This document shows, one piece after another, positions 35,928 through 45,805 of a stretch of 64,000 nt of DNA. The notes below the pieces were generated by a model that was given only the letters and a program-made list of their open reading frames with translations, ran no database searches and was not told the DNA's origin. The number at the start of each line of letters is the position of its first letter. Positions within the stretch are counted from its first letter, which is position 1. Source of the stretch: Dehalococcoidia bacterium (GTDB lineage: Bacteria > Chloroflexota > Dehalococcoidia > Bin125); NCBI GenBank assembly GCA_963663235.2, contig CAXXNO010000004.1:32001-96000 (forward strand), given 5' to 3'. A program made the position numbers and the translations under genes.

Positions 35928-37151
35928 ATGGTCACCGGATCCCTCACCGGTCTGACGGTCATCGAGGCGTCGAGCCAGATCCTCGGCCCCCTGGCGGCGG
36001 TGATGCTCGGCGACCAGGGCGCCGACGTCATCAAGGTCGAAGGCCTGGACGGGGATCCAGCGCGCTCACTCACCGACTACGCCGGCTACGACATCGCACT
36101 GCCGGACGGCGGCAACTCGATCTTCGAGGTCATGAACCGCAACAAGCGCTCGATCGCGATCGACCTCGGGCAGGAGCGCGGTCGATCCCTGCTCCGCGAT
36201 CTCCTCGCCACTGCCGACGGGTTTATCGAATGCTTTGGGCCCGGCGTGCTTGATCGGCAGGGGCTCGGCTACAAGGATCTCGCCGCGTTGAACCCAAGGC
36301 TCGTCTACGCCGCCGGCAGCGCCAACGGAATGCGCGGGCCCGACGCCGGTCGCCCGGCGCTGGACGCGCTGACGCAGGCCCGTGCTGGCTTGATGTGGAA
36401 CAGCGGTGTTCCCGGCGACCCACCCAACTGGTACAACCTCGGTCTGGCGGACGTGATGGGGGCCAGCATGCTGGCCTATGGCGTGGTCGCGGCGGTCGTA
36501 GCGCGCGCACGCACGGGTGTCGGACAGCGGGTCGATGTTTCGAATCTGATGTCTCTGATGTGGCTTGAGTACTGGGCCATTCAGACGTGCGGGATTCTGG
36601 GGCTGGGCGAATGGCCGCGGTTCGATCGCGAGAACACGCGGAACCCGCTCTTCAGCCACTACCGCTGCGCCGACGGGGAGTGGATCATCCTCGGAATCAT
36701 CGATCACATACGGGACTGGGAGCCATTCTGCCAACTGATGGGGCTGGACCACCTCATGGAGGACCCCCGCTTCGGTAGTCCGGAGGCCCGGATCAAGAAC
36801 GCCAAAGAGCTCGTCGGGGAACTGGACAAACGCTTCGCGGAAGAGCCACGCGCCGAGTGGGAGCGGCGCCTCAAGTCCCACACCGCCATGGTCTTCGACC
36901 GCGTCCAACGAATCAAAGACCTCCCCAACGACCCCGCCGTGCAGGCCAACAATTACCTCGTCGACGTAAAGCATCCACGGTACGGGACCGTGACGATGCT
37001 GAGTCACCCTGTAACTCTCAAGGAGACGCCGGCAAGCATCCGCCGTCCGGCGCCCGGCCTGGGCGAGCACACGTCGGAGATCCTGGCCGAGCGCCTCCAC
37101 TACAGCGATGAGGACGTCCAGCGGCTTCGGGCGGAGGGCGTCGTTGCCTGA
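35928..37151 (+). CDS. Family III CoA-transferase (CaiB/BaiF) #2
   Basis: GADVIKVE, NRNKRSI, NPRLVYA, LADVMG, APGLGEHT. Confidence 0.93.
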   Translation: MVTGSLTGLTVIEASSQILGPLAAVMLGDQGADVIKVEGLDGDPARSLTDYAGYDIALPDGGNSIFEVMNRNKRSIAIDLGQERGRSLLRDLLATADGFIECFGPGVLDRQGLGYKDLAALNPRLVYAAGSANGMRGPDAGRPALDALTQARAGLMWNSGVPGDPPNWYNLGLADVMGASMLAYGVVAAVVARARTGVGQRVDVSNLMSLMWLEYWAIQTCGILGLGEWPRFDRENTRNPLFSHYRCADGEWIILGIIDHIRDWEPFCQLMGLDHLMEDPRFGSPEARIKNAKELVGELDKRFAEEPRAEWERRLKSHTAMVFDRVQRIKDLPNDPAVQANNYLVDVKHPRYGTVTMLSHPVTLKETPASIRRPAPGLGEHTSEILAERLHYSDEDVQRLRAEGVVA

Positions 37152-37195
37152 CGCCTCGGCCGCAGACATCGCAGCAGTGCAGCAAAGGAGCCGGC

Positions 37196-37376
37196 GATGA
37201 CGCGCTCTCCAAGATCAATCCCCAGCTGATCTGTGCGTCCACGGCGGGCTTATGGTTTCGAGGGCGAAGAGGCCCACAAGCCGGCGCTGAGCATCGTCGG
37301 GCACGCGCGCTCCGGCCTCATGTGGACCTCGGGCGCGACCGGCGATCCGCCCATGTGGTACTCGCAGGGCAGTGCT
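37196..37376 (+). pseudogene. Internal fragment of an additional CaiB/BaiF paralog
   Basis: Hand translation DDALSKINPQLICASTAG/YGFEGEEAHKPALSIVGHARSGLMWTSGATGDPPMWYSQGSA aligns with the INPRLIYAS..ARSGLM..PPNW segment of its neighbours; one frameshift. Confidence 0.8.
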
Positions 37377-37533
37377 GAAAGAGCGGCTGGGCTATAGCGA
37401 CTAGCAGACTGCGGCGCTGATCAATACCGGCGCCGCCTGCTAAGCCGGGCCCTCCGGCCCCTGTACCGCCGCGGGGAGCCGTCGTTGGCTTCGGTCTCCT
37501 CCCGCGCTGCCTGCGCACCACCGGACGAGCGCG

Positions 37534-38025
37534 CTAGTCGAGGCCCAGGGCAGCGCGAACCGATTCGCTGTGGCTCTCGAAATGGCGCGTTACGGCCGGA
37601 AAGAACGCCTCGATCGTGCGATCGGCCCCGTAACGCCTCACGCTGCGACGCCACTCGGCTTCGTCGAGGTCGTCGAGCAACTGGAGCAACTTGGCATGCC
37701 CCGCGTCGTAGGTGGCGGCGATCGATTCGGGTGTCGCCCGACGCCCGTGCCAGCGCGTCCGCAGGCTGTTCTTCGCGTTGAAGTACCACATCGGCGGGTT
37801 GTAGCCCTTCCCGCGGCGGGCCTGTTGGAGCCCCGCCGCGATGGCGCCCGGGCCCCAAGCCATGTGCCACATCTGGTCGCGGACGCGCCAGCCGGAGCCG
37901 GCGCTCGGTCGCGTCCAGTCGGCGTCAGATAGGCGATCCAATAGCTCGTGGAAACGCTGCTGGGTGGCTTCCAGATCCGCGCGGATCGCGTCACGGTCGG
38001 GTACTAGCATCGCGGTGTCGCTCAC
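37534..38025 (-). CDS. DinB/maleylpyruvate isomerase N-terminal (MDMPI) family protein
   Basis: LSDADWTRPS..GWRVRDQMWHM, LDEAEW, C-terminal HFESH. Confidence 0.75.
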   Translation of the reverse strand: MSDTAMLVPDRDAIRADLEATQQRFHELLDRLSDADWTRPSAGSGWRVRDQMWHMAWGPGAIAAGLQQARRGKGYNPPMWYFNAKNSLRTRWHGRRATPESIAATYDAGHAKLLQLLDDLDEAEWRRSVRRYGADRTIEAFFPAVTRHFESHSESVRAALGLD

Positions 38026-38045
38026 TGCCGACCTCCGTGCAGGAG

Positions 38046-39269
38046 CTAGCCCAACGCACCCGCGCTCACGAGCTCCGCGATCTGCTCCGGGCTGTAGTTC
38101 AGCTCCTCGGTGAGTACCCCGAAATTGTGCTCACCCAAGTCGGGCGCGGCCGTGCGCGGTTTGACGCGGGATTCGCTGAACCGGACCGGATAGTTCTGGA
38201 CTTTCGTAGGGCCGTACACGGGATGGTCGATCTCCCCGATATATTCGTTCGCGATGACCTGCGGATCGTGCTGGAGATCCGCGAGCCGCTGCACACGCGT
38301 AAACTCCATCGCCCGGTCGGAGGACAGGATTTGCTCCCACTCATCGCGGGGCTTGGTGCTTAAATGCTCCTCGAGGATGGCCACCAGATCAGCGGCGTGC
38401 TCCTTGCGATCTTCAACGGTCTTGAAGCGGTCGTCCTCCAGCAAGTGCTCCAACCTCACCAAGCGACAGAAGATCGGCCACTTCTCGTCGCGGATGGTGG
38501 CCAGCACGATCCATTCGCCGTCGGCGCACTGGTAGTGGTTGAACAGTGGCTGATTGGCTCGCTTGCGATCTTGTCGCGGCCACGGCCCGCCCACGAGCAG
38601 TTGATTGCTGATCGCCCAGTACTGGATCCACATCGCCGCGCCCAGGTTGGACATCTCCACCTTCTGCCCGACGCCGGTCCGCTCCCGCGCGTACAGCGCC
38701 GATACGACGGCATGCGACAGCAAAGTCCCGCCGGTCATGTCCGGGAAGCCCGCCAGGTGATAGAAGGGCGGATCGGTGTCGCTTCCGGCGCCGAACATGA
38801 GGCCGGAGCGGGCCTGGCCCGTATAGTCGTTACCGGACCGCTGTCCCTGCGGCCCGCGTTCGCCGTAGGCGCTGGCCGTAGCGTAGATCAGCTTGGGATT
38901 GCGCTCCCGCAGCGTCTCGTAATCGAGTCCCAGCTTCTTCACCACCGGCGGACGGATATTGAGGATAAACACGTCCGCCCTGTCGAGGAGTTGCAGCGCG
39001 ACCTCGTGACCCTGCGGATGTTTGAGGTTGAGCGATACGGAGCGCTTGCTCCAGTTCATGACCTCAAAGAAAGCATTCCGATCCCCGGGCATCTGGCAGT
39101 CGGTGATCCCCGCCACGTAGCGCATATTGCGCGTGGGGTCTCCCCCTCGCTGCGGATCTTCGATGCGGATGACGTCCGCGCCCAGGTCGCCCAGCATGAC
39201 TCCGCAGAGCGGGCCCGTGGCGTACATGGACCATTCAACGACCTTGATACCTTCCAGTGGAGCGTTCAC
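38046..39269 (-). CDS. Family III CoA-transferase (CaiB/BaiF) #4
   Basis: GDLGADVIRIE, NWSKRSV, NPKLIYA, FPDMTG, APDLGEH. Confidence 0.93.
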   Translation of the reverse strand: MNAPLEGIKVVEWSMYATGPLCGVMLGDLGADVIRIEDPQRGGDPTRNMRYVAGITDCQMPGDRNAFFEVMNWSKRSVSLNLKHPQGHEVALQLLDRADVFILNIRPPVVKKLGLDYETLRERNPKLIYATASAYGERGPQGQRSGNDYTGQARSGLMFGAGSDTDPPFYHLAGFPDMTGGTLLSHAVVSALYARERTGVGQKVEMSNLGAAMWIQYWAISNQLLVGGPWPRQDRKRANQPLFNHYQCADGEWIVLATIRDEKWPIFCRLVRLEHLLEDDRFKTVEDRKEHAADLVAILEEHLSTKPRDEWEQILSSDRAMEFTRVQRLADLQHDPQVIANEYIGEIDHPVYGPTKVQNYPVRFSESRVKPRTAAPDLGEHNFGVLTEELNYSPEQIAELVSAGALG

Positions 39270-39302
39270 GGTGCGCTTTCTCCCGTTCCGGTCTGGCGTC
39301 AG

Positions 39303-40526
39303 CTACGCGGCCACGCCGGCGGCGATGTACGCGGAGATCTGCTCCGGCGATAGCCCGAGCTCCTCGGTCAATACCTCAAAGGTGTGAGCGCCGAACTCGG
39401 GCGCGGGACGGCGCTCGCAGCGGGGGGCCTCGCTGAACTGCATCGGGAAGTTCTGCACCTGCGTTGTGCCGTAGACCGGGTGTTCGATCTCCGTGATGTA
39501 GTCATTCGCGAGCACCTGCTCGTCGCCGGCGAGATCCTCGACCCGCTGCAGCCGCTCGAACGCCAGCGACGGATCGCGCGCGAGGATCTCCTCCCAATCG
39601 CGCCGAGGCCGGGTCTGGAAGTGCGCATCCAGGATCTCATTCAGCTCTCTGGCGTTCAGCCGGCGGCCCTCCATGTCCTGGAAGCGTTCGTCCTCCAACA
39701 GCGCGTCCAGCTCCATGAGCTTGCAGAACGCCGTCCAGTTTTCAGGGAGGAGGTTGGCCAGCACCAGCCACTCGCCATCGGCGCACGGATAGTGATTCCA
39801 CAACGGGTTGCCCGGAGTGTGCCGATCGATGCGCGGGAACTTCCGCCCCGTGAGCGAGACGATCCCCAGCGCCCAGTATTGGAACCACATGCCCGCGCCC
39901 AGGTTCGACACTTCGATCTTTTGGCCCTTGCCGGTGCGCTCACGCGCCAGGAGCGCCGTGGTGATGCCGTGGGAGAGGAGGACGGCGCCGCCAATGTCGC
40001 AGGGGGCGCCGGTGTGATAGAAGGGCGGGTCTTCCTCGGTTCCCGGGCCCCACATCATGCCGGAGCGCGCTTGGCCCGTGTAGTCGTTGCCGGCGCGCCA
40101 GCCATCGGGCCCTCTCGCGCCGAACGTGTCACCGGCGGCGTAGATGATGCGGGAATTGCGCTCCCGAACCGCCTCGTAATCCATCCCAACCCCCTCGATC
40201 GCCGGTAGCCGGAAGTTTGTGAGGAAGACATCAGCCTTCTCGATCAGCTGGAACGCCAGTTCCCGTCCTTCCTCAGCTTTGAGGTTCAGGCCGACGGAGC
40301 GCTTGTTCCAGTTCGCGATCTCGAAGGACGCGTTGCGGCCGCCCGGCATCTGCGCGTCCACCGTGCCGTTGGTGAAGCGCAAGCCGCGCAGCACATCGCC
40401 GCCGGTGCGCGGTTCCTCGATCTTGATCACGTCGGCGCCGAGGTCGCTCAGCATCACGCCGGCCAGCGGACCCATGATATACATAGACCATTCCACAACT
40501 TTGACGCCGTCCAGTATGGGCTTCAC
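39303..40526 (-). CDS. Family III CoA-transferase (CaiB/BaiF) #3
   Basis: DLGADVIKIE, NWNKRSV, TNFR, PCDIGG, APEFGAHT. Confidence 0.93.
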   Translation of the reverse strand: MKPILDGVKVVEWSMYIMGPLAGVMLSDLGADVIKIEEPRTGGDVLRGLRFTNGTVDAQMPGGRNASFEIANWNKRSVGLNLKAEEGRELAFQLIEKADVFLTNFRLPAIEGVGMDYEAVRERNSRIIYAAGDTFGARGPDGWRAGNDYTGQARSGMMWGPGTEEDPPFYHTGAPCDIGGAVLLSHGITTALLARERTGKGQKIEVSNLGAGMWFQYWALGIVSLTGRKFPRIDRHTPGNPLWNHYPCADGEWLVLANLLPENWTAFCKLMELDALLEDERFQDMEGRRLNARELNEILDAHFQTRPRRDWEEILARDPSLAFERLQRVEDLAGDEQVLANDYITEIEHPVYGTTQVQNFPMQFSEAPRCERRPAPEFGAHTFEVLTEELGLSPEQISAYIAAGVAA

Positions 40527-40733
40527 GATCTCCCCTTCCGTCCTGGGAATACGTCCACCGGGTGCGTTCGTTCGCGTGCGGCGAGACCTCGCCCCGTCGG
40601 ATGGGGCAAACGATAGCAGGTCGGGCCGCGTCGGCGCTGCCCGCGGCTGGCCGGGACGCGGATGGTATGCTTCCAGCGTCGGCAGCCGGCTGTCCCTCTC
40701 GATGGCGGCGTACGGTGGAATGAGATCACGCGA

Positions 40734-41477
40734 ATGAGGCGCCTCGAAGGACGCGCGGCCCTCGTCACAGGCGGGTCGCGCGGTCTGGGAGCGGCGATCG
40801 CGCGGCGCTTCGGTCGCGAGGGCTGCGCCGTTGCGATCGGCTGCCGCACAGAGACAGACGCGGCGCGGGCCGTCATCGCCGACGTGGAGGCCACGAGCGG
40901 CAAGGCGGTGCTGGCCCTCGGTGACCTGCGCGATGAAGCGACGGCCGAGGCGGTGGTGCGCCAGTCAGCCGAAACCTTGGGTGGCCTCGACATTCTCGTC
41001 AACAACGCCGGAATCTGGCGGGGTGGCCGCCTGAGGGACGCTCAGCTCAGCGACTGGCGAGACATCTGGGAGACGAACATCCTGGGCACCATGCAGGTCA
41101 CCCGCGCCGCCCTCCCCTATCTTGAGGCGTCTCAGCGGGGGCGGATCATCGTGATGAGCTCGATCATCGGGATCGGCGGCTTCCCCGGCGATACCGCCTA
41201 CGCCAGCACCAAGGCTGGTCTGGTGGGCTTCACCCGCGCCCTGGCAAAAGAGCTGGCGAAGAAAGCGATCACGGTGAACGCCGTCGCACCGGGCTACATC
41301 GACGTCGGAGTCACCGCCGAGGTGCCGCAGAAAGGCCGCGATATGATGCTGGAGCGGATCCCCATGGGCCGCCCCGGCACAGCGGATGAGGTCGCCGCCC
41401 TAGTGGCGTTCCTGGCCGCCGAGGGCGACTACGTCACGGGCCAGGTTCTGGCCATTGCCGGTGGCATGGAGCTGTAG
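40734..41477 (+). CDS. SDR, FabG/acetoacetyl-CoA reductase-like
   Basis: TGGSRGLG, NNAG, YASTK, VNAVAPGYI. Confidence 0.9.
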   Translation: MRRLEGRAALVTGGSRGLGAAIARRFGREGCAVAIGCRTETDAARAVIADVEATSGKAVLALGDLRDEATAEAVVRQSAETLGGLDILVNNAGIWRGGRLRDAQLSDWRDIWETNILGTMQVTRAALPYLEASQRGRIIVMSSIIGIGGFPGDTAYASTKAGLVGFTRALAKELAKKAITVNAVAPGYIDVGVTAEVPQKGRDMMLERIPMGRPGTADEVAALVAFLAAEGDYVTGQVLAIAGGMEL

Positions 41478-41515
41478 CGCTACGCTAGGATTGGCATCGG
41501 GAAAAGAGGGCAAAC

Positions 41516-42694
41516 ATGAGAGACGTTGCGGTCATAGGCGCGGGGATGACCCGCTTCGGCAAGTTTCTGGAACAGAGCATGAAGGAGCTCGGCCAGGAAG
41601 CGGTGCAAGACGCCCTGGACGATTCTGGCTTGCAGAAACAGGACATCGAGGCGGCGATCGTCGGGAACGCCGTGGGCGGCCTGATGACGGGCCAAGAGAT
41701 GGTCCGCGGACAGACCATTCTGCGCCCCTTCGGCTTCGGCGACATCCCCATCATCAATACCGAGAATGCGTGCGCCAGCTCCTCCACCGCCTTCCACCTG
41801 GCCTGGATGTACGTGGCCAGCGGCATGCACGACTGCGTGCTGGCGCTGGGCGTGGAGAAGCTCTACCACGAGGACAAGGCGAAGTCGTTCGCGGCCATCG
41901 GCACGGCGGTGGATCTCGAGATTGAGGGGGAGGGATCCGATGGCGCTGGCGAGACGCGGACCCGCTTCATGGACTTCTACGCCGACAAGGCCAAGGAGCA
42001 CATGGCCAAATACGGCACCAAGGCGCAGCACTTCGCAAAGGTCGCAGTGAAGAACCACGGCAACGGCGCGATCAACCCGTACGCGCAGTTCCGCAAGCCG
42101 TTCACCCTGGAGGATGTCTTGGGGGCGCGCATGGTGGCGGAGCCGCTCACGCTGTACATGTGCTCGGGAATCGGTGACGGGGCGGCCGCGACAATCCTCT
42201 GCTCACCGGAAAAGGCGCGCCAGTTGACCACCGACCCGATCTGGGTGCGCGCCTCGGAGATCACGTCGGGCATGGACCTGCACGAGGGCGACGCGCCGGT
42301 GGCCGAACGGGTCTCCAAGCGCGCGTACGAGCGCGCGGGGATCGGCCCCTCCGATCTGGACGTGGTGGAGCTGCACGACGCCGCCGCGCCAGCCGAGATC
42401 AGCCTGACCGAGGAGTTGGGCCTGTGCGCTTATGGCGAGGGTGGCGCGCTGATCGACTCCGGAGAGACCACCATCGGCGGCCGTATCCCGGTGAACCCCA
42501 GCGGGGGCCTGATGGCCCGCGGCCACCCCATCGGAGCGACCGGGTTGGGACAACTCGTGGAGGTCTGCTGGCAGTTGCAGGGCAAGGCCGGCGATCGGCA
42601 GGTCCGGGACGCAAAGGTTGGACTGACACACAATGCGGGCGGGGAGATCCGGGGCGAAGCCGCCGTCAATACGGTGCACATTCTCAGCCGCTAG
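41516..42694 (+). CDS. SCP-x-type thiolase
   Basis: GMTRFG, ENACASS, ELHDA, VNPSGG, GHPIGATG, THNAGG. Confidence 0.92.
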   Translation: MRDVAVIGAGMTRFGKFLEQSMKELGQEAVQDALDDSGLQKQDIEAAIVGNAVGGLMTGQEMVRGQTILRPFGFGDIPIINTENACASSSTAFHLAWMYVASGMHDCVLALGVEKLYHEDKAKSFAAIGTAVDLEIEGEGSDGAGETRTRFMDFYADKAKEHMAKYGTKAQHFAKVAVKNHGNGAINPYAQFRKPFTLEDVLGARMVAEPLTLYMCSGIGDGAAATILCSPEKARQLTTDPIWVRASEITSGMDLHEGDAPVAERVSKRAYERAGIGPSDLDVVELHDAAAPAEISLTEELGLCAYGEGGALIDSGETTIGGRIPVNPSGGLMARGHPIGATGLGQLVEVCWQLQGKAGDRQVRDAKVGLTHNAGGEIRGEAAVNTVHILSR

Positions 42695-42713
42695 GGCTCT
42701 GGCGCGGCGCACT

Positions 42714-42747
42714 AGGGCCGGCCCGTCCCCCGGGCCGGCCCTTTCTT
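42714..42747 (+). terminator. Intrinsic terminator after the thiolase
   Basis: agggccggcccg-tcccc-cgggccggccct, a perfect 12-bp stem followed by ttctt. Confidence 0.75.
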
Positions 42748-42823
42748 ATGCTCCCTGCGCTAGAATCGGGTGCCGCTTCACATCGTCAGGCTGACGAGCG
42801 AGCTCAAGCACGGAGGAACCAGG

Positions 42824-44269
42824 ATGGCGCTGCGAACCCCGGAGGAATACAAGGAAAGTCTGCGTGACGGGCGCCGCTTGTTTATCAGCGGCGAGCGCGT
42901 CGACGACGTCACGACCCATCCCATCCTCCAGATCACAACCGAGCACTCCGCCGGCGTCTACCGCCACCAGTTGGATCCCAAGCTTCAAGACCTCTTCACG
43001 TTCGTGCCGGATGGCGGGAGCGACCGGATCAGCCGTTACTTCATGCTGGCCCGCACTCCAGACGAGCTGCTCCTGCGCGGGGACTTGATTGAGGAGGACA
43101 CGCGCCTACACAACTCCACCTTCAACATCACCAAGGCCGTCGGCAGCGACGCCATGCACGCGCTGACCGTCTGGGCCCACGAGACGGACGCGGACCTCGG
43201 TACCGAGTACGCGCAGCGAGTAGCCACGTGGATCGAGCACTGTCGCCAGAGCGATCTCTCGCTCGCCCTGGCCCAGACGGACGTCAAGGGGGACCGCTCA
43301 CTGCGCCCCCACCAGCAACCGAACCCTGACGCCTATCTGCACATCGTGGAGCAGCGCTCGAACGGCATCGTGGTACGAGGAGCGAAAGCGCACACCACGG
43401 CCGCGCCGGTCGTCAATGAGATCATCTTTCTCCCCACCCGGGCGATGGGCGAAGAAGACGCCGATTACGCGGTGGCCTTCGCGCTGCCGCTCAACACGCC
43501 CGGCCTCACCCTCATCTGCCGCACGACCGGCGATGTCTCTCAGACGACGTTTGACTTCCCGATCAGCCGCCGCAACATCGAGACGGAAACGCTCACAGTG
43601 CTCGACAATGTCTTCGTGCCCTGGGATCGGGTCTTCCTCTGCCGCGAGTGGCGACACGCCGGCCAGCTGGCCACCACCTTCGCGAACTATCACCGCTACA
43701 CGGCGGTCTCCTACAAGCCGCCGTCGGTCGATCTCCTCATCGGGGCGGCGCAGCTCGCAGCCGAATACAACGGGACGGCGCGCGCCGGGCACATCCGGGA
43801 CAAGATCGCGCAGCTGATCATCTACGGTGAGCTCATCAGGGCCTGCCGCAACGCGGCGGCACGGGAGGCCCTGCCCATCGAGCCCGGGATGGTCTCGCCG
43901 AATGGCGTGTATACCAACGCGGGGAAATACCATTTCGCCTCTGGCTTCCATCAGGCCGCCGCGATCGTGCAGGATATCGCTGGGGGCTTGGTGATCACGG
44001 CGCCGATGGAGGCCGATTTCCAGAATCCAGAGACCGGGCCGTACCTGGAGCACTACCTGACGGGCGCCGGCGAGACAACGGCGGCGCAGCGCGTAAACCT
44101 CTTCCACCTGATTCGCGACATGACCGCCTCCGAGTTCGGCGGCTACAACTTCGTCACGACCTTGCATGGCGAGGGCTCGATGGCGGCGCAGCTCCTGACC
44201 ACCTACCGCGGATACGACATCGAGCGATGCACGGAGCTCGTGAAAAATGCGCTCGACACGTCGGCCTGA
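42824..44269 (+). CDS. 4-hydroxybutyryl-CoA dehydratase/4-hydroxyphenylacetate hydroxylase (AbfD/HpaB) family protein
   Basis: EEYKESLRDGR, GERVDDVTTHP, AQTDVKGDRS, GIVVRGAKAHTT, DNVFVPWDRVFL, QDIAGG, LHGEGS. Confidence 0.9.
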   Translation: MALRTPEEYKESLRDGRRLFISGERVDDVTTHPILQITTEHSAGVYRHQLDPKLQDLFTFVPDGGSDRISRYFMLARTPDELLLRGDLIEEDTRLHNSTFNITKAVGSDAMHALTVWAHETDADLGTEYAQRVATWIEHCRQSDLSLALAQTDVKGDRSLRPHQQPNPDAYLHIVEQRSNGIVVRGAKAHTTAAPVVNEIIFLPTRAMGEEDADYAVAFALPLNTPGLTLICRTTGDVSQTTFDFPISRRNIETETLTVLDNVFVPWDRVFLCREWRHAGQLATTFANYHRYTAVSYKPPSVDLLIGAAQLAAEYNGTARAGHIRDKIAQLIIYGELIRACRNAAAREALPIEPGMVSPNGVYTNAGKYHFASGFHQAAAIVQDIAGGLVITAPMEADFQNPETGPYLEHYLTGAGETTAAQRVNLFHLIRDMTASEFGGYNFVTTLHGEGSMAAQLLTTYRGYDIERCTELVKNALDTSA

Positions 44270-44326
44270 GGGCTGCCTGACGGCAGCGGGCGGACAGCCT
44301 CGATCAACGCGCAAGGAGGCGCAGCG

Positions 44327-45121
44327 GTGGACCTCGGATTAGCCGGCAAAACGGCGATCGTAACGGGCGGCGGCTCCAACATTGGACGGGCGATCGTCCT
44401 CACCATCGCCGCGGAAGGCGCCAACGTGGTCATCGCCGACCTCGATCTGCCCCAGGCGGAGCGCGTTGCCGGAGAGGCGAATGACCGCAAGGCGGGCGGA
44501 CGCACAATCGCCGTGAAGACGGACGTCACCGACGTCGCCTCCGTGGAGGCGATGGTCCAACACGCCCTCCAGGAGTTCGGCCGCATCGACGTGCTCGTGA
44601 ACAACGTGGGTTGGACTCATGACCGCCTGTTCTTGGACAAGCCGCTGGAGGAGTTGGAGAAAGAGATTCAACTCAACCTCTGGGGCGCCATCCACTGCAC
44701 CCGCGCCGTGCTGCCGCTGCTGGCGGAGCAAGGCGCCGGGCGCATCATCAACGTCAGCTCGGACGCCGGACGCATGGGCGAGTATCGAGAATCGGTCTAC
44801 GCAGCCTGCAAGGCAGGACTCATCGCTCTCGCCAAGTCGCTCGCCCGCGAATACGGCAAGTTCGGCGTGACCGTCAACGCCGTGTGCCCCGGCCTGACCG
44901 TGCCCGACGAAGATGCCGAGATGGGCGCCGGCAGCATGTGGCGAGAGATGCAGGGCATCTTCACACCGGGAGCGAAAGAGAAAGCCAGCAAAGCCTATCC
45001 TCTCCGCCGGCTGGGCAGCGCGCAGGACATCGGCAACGCGGTCGCCTTCCTGGCCTCGGACGCCGCCTCGTTCATCACGGGCCAGACGCTCAGCGTCAGC
45101 GGCGGCTACACGATGATGTAG
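44327..45121 (+). CDS. SDR, BadH-like (cyclic hydroxyacyl-CoA dehydrogenase type)
   Basis: TGGGSNIG, NNVGW, SSDAGRMG, YAACK, VCPG, GQTLSVSGGYTM. Confidence 0.85.
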   Translation: MDLGLAGKTAIVTGGGSNIGRAIVLTIAAEGANVVIADLDLPQAERVAGEANDRKAGGRTIAVKTDVTDVASVEAMVQHALQEFGRIDVLVNNVGWTHDRLFLDKPLEELEKEIQLNLWGAIHCTRAVLPLLAEQGAGRIINVSSDAGRMGEYRESVYAACKAGLIALAKSLAREYGKFGVTVNAVCPGLTVPDEDAEMGAGSMWREMQGIFTPGAKEKASKAYPLRRLGSAQDIGNAVAFLASDAASFITGQTLSVSGGYTMM

Positions 45122-45210
45122 ACGGGCCGGAGGCGGGTGGCTCGGCGGAGCCGCGTCCGGCGGCGCTCGGGCCGATCCAGGATTGCGGGGGCACTGGTGC
45201 GGGGGCGCGG

Positions 45211-45729
45211 CTACTCGGCGGTGATGCCGCCCCGGACCACGATCGTGTCCGAAGCACCCGGGACGAGCAAACCGGAGTCGGTGACGCGACCGCCCGCCTC
45301 CGCCTGCTTATCCTGATCGTAGGTCTCCAATAGTTCGAGGTAGCTCATAATCACTTCTGGCAGCCGGCCGGTGCGCTCGATCTCCTCGGCGTAACGGTCC
45401 GTCAGGTCGAACAGCCGCTGCGCGTAGTGGTAGTCCATCTCCGTTGCTGGCCCCTGGATCGCATCGGTGAGCAGCAGGGTGACGAACTGCCGCGGCTTGC
45501 CCAGCAGCTTCTCCCAGCGCTTGCCCAGCAATTCATCCAGCCGCTGGCCGACGTAGAAGCGAGGAGGACGGGCGTATCGCTCCAGATCGAGCATTCCGTC
45601 CACCCGGGGGTAGTACTCGGCGTGCAGCTCACGCAGCCGCGGCGGCGCGCTTTCGTGCGTGTCGGTGTGCCGGAGGTCTTCCTGGACGGGCAGTTGCCCC
45701 AGCATGAGGTGCTGCTGCAGCGTCCCCAC
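45211..45729 (-). CDS. Hypothetical protein (172 aa), last gene of the hydantoinase-like operon
   Basis: Strong GGAGGAGG RBS, protein-like composition, no recognisable family motif. Confidence 0.7.
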   Translation of the reverse strand: MGTLQQHLMLGQLPVQEDLRHTDTHESAPPRLRELHAEYYPRVDGMLDLERYARPPRFYVGQRLDELLGKRWEKLLGKPRQFVTLLLTDAIQGPATEMDYHYAQRLFDLTDRYAEEIERTGRLPEVIMSYLELLETYDQDKQAEAGGRVTDSGLLVPGASDTIVVRGGITAE

Positions 45730-45805
45730 GTTGCCCCTCCTCCGCGATGACCACGGGGCTGGTCCAGCGACCGGCCCCGCTCGATGCGCTTGCTACGCGT
45801 GACGG

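Noticed and set aside
32414-37151. A true bai (bile acid 7-alpha-dehydroxylation) or lin operon
   Set aside because: Only fold-level similarity; no BaiB ligase, BaiCD/BaiH flavoenzymes or LinB in the window.
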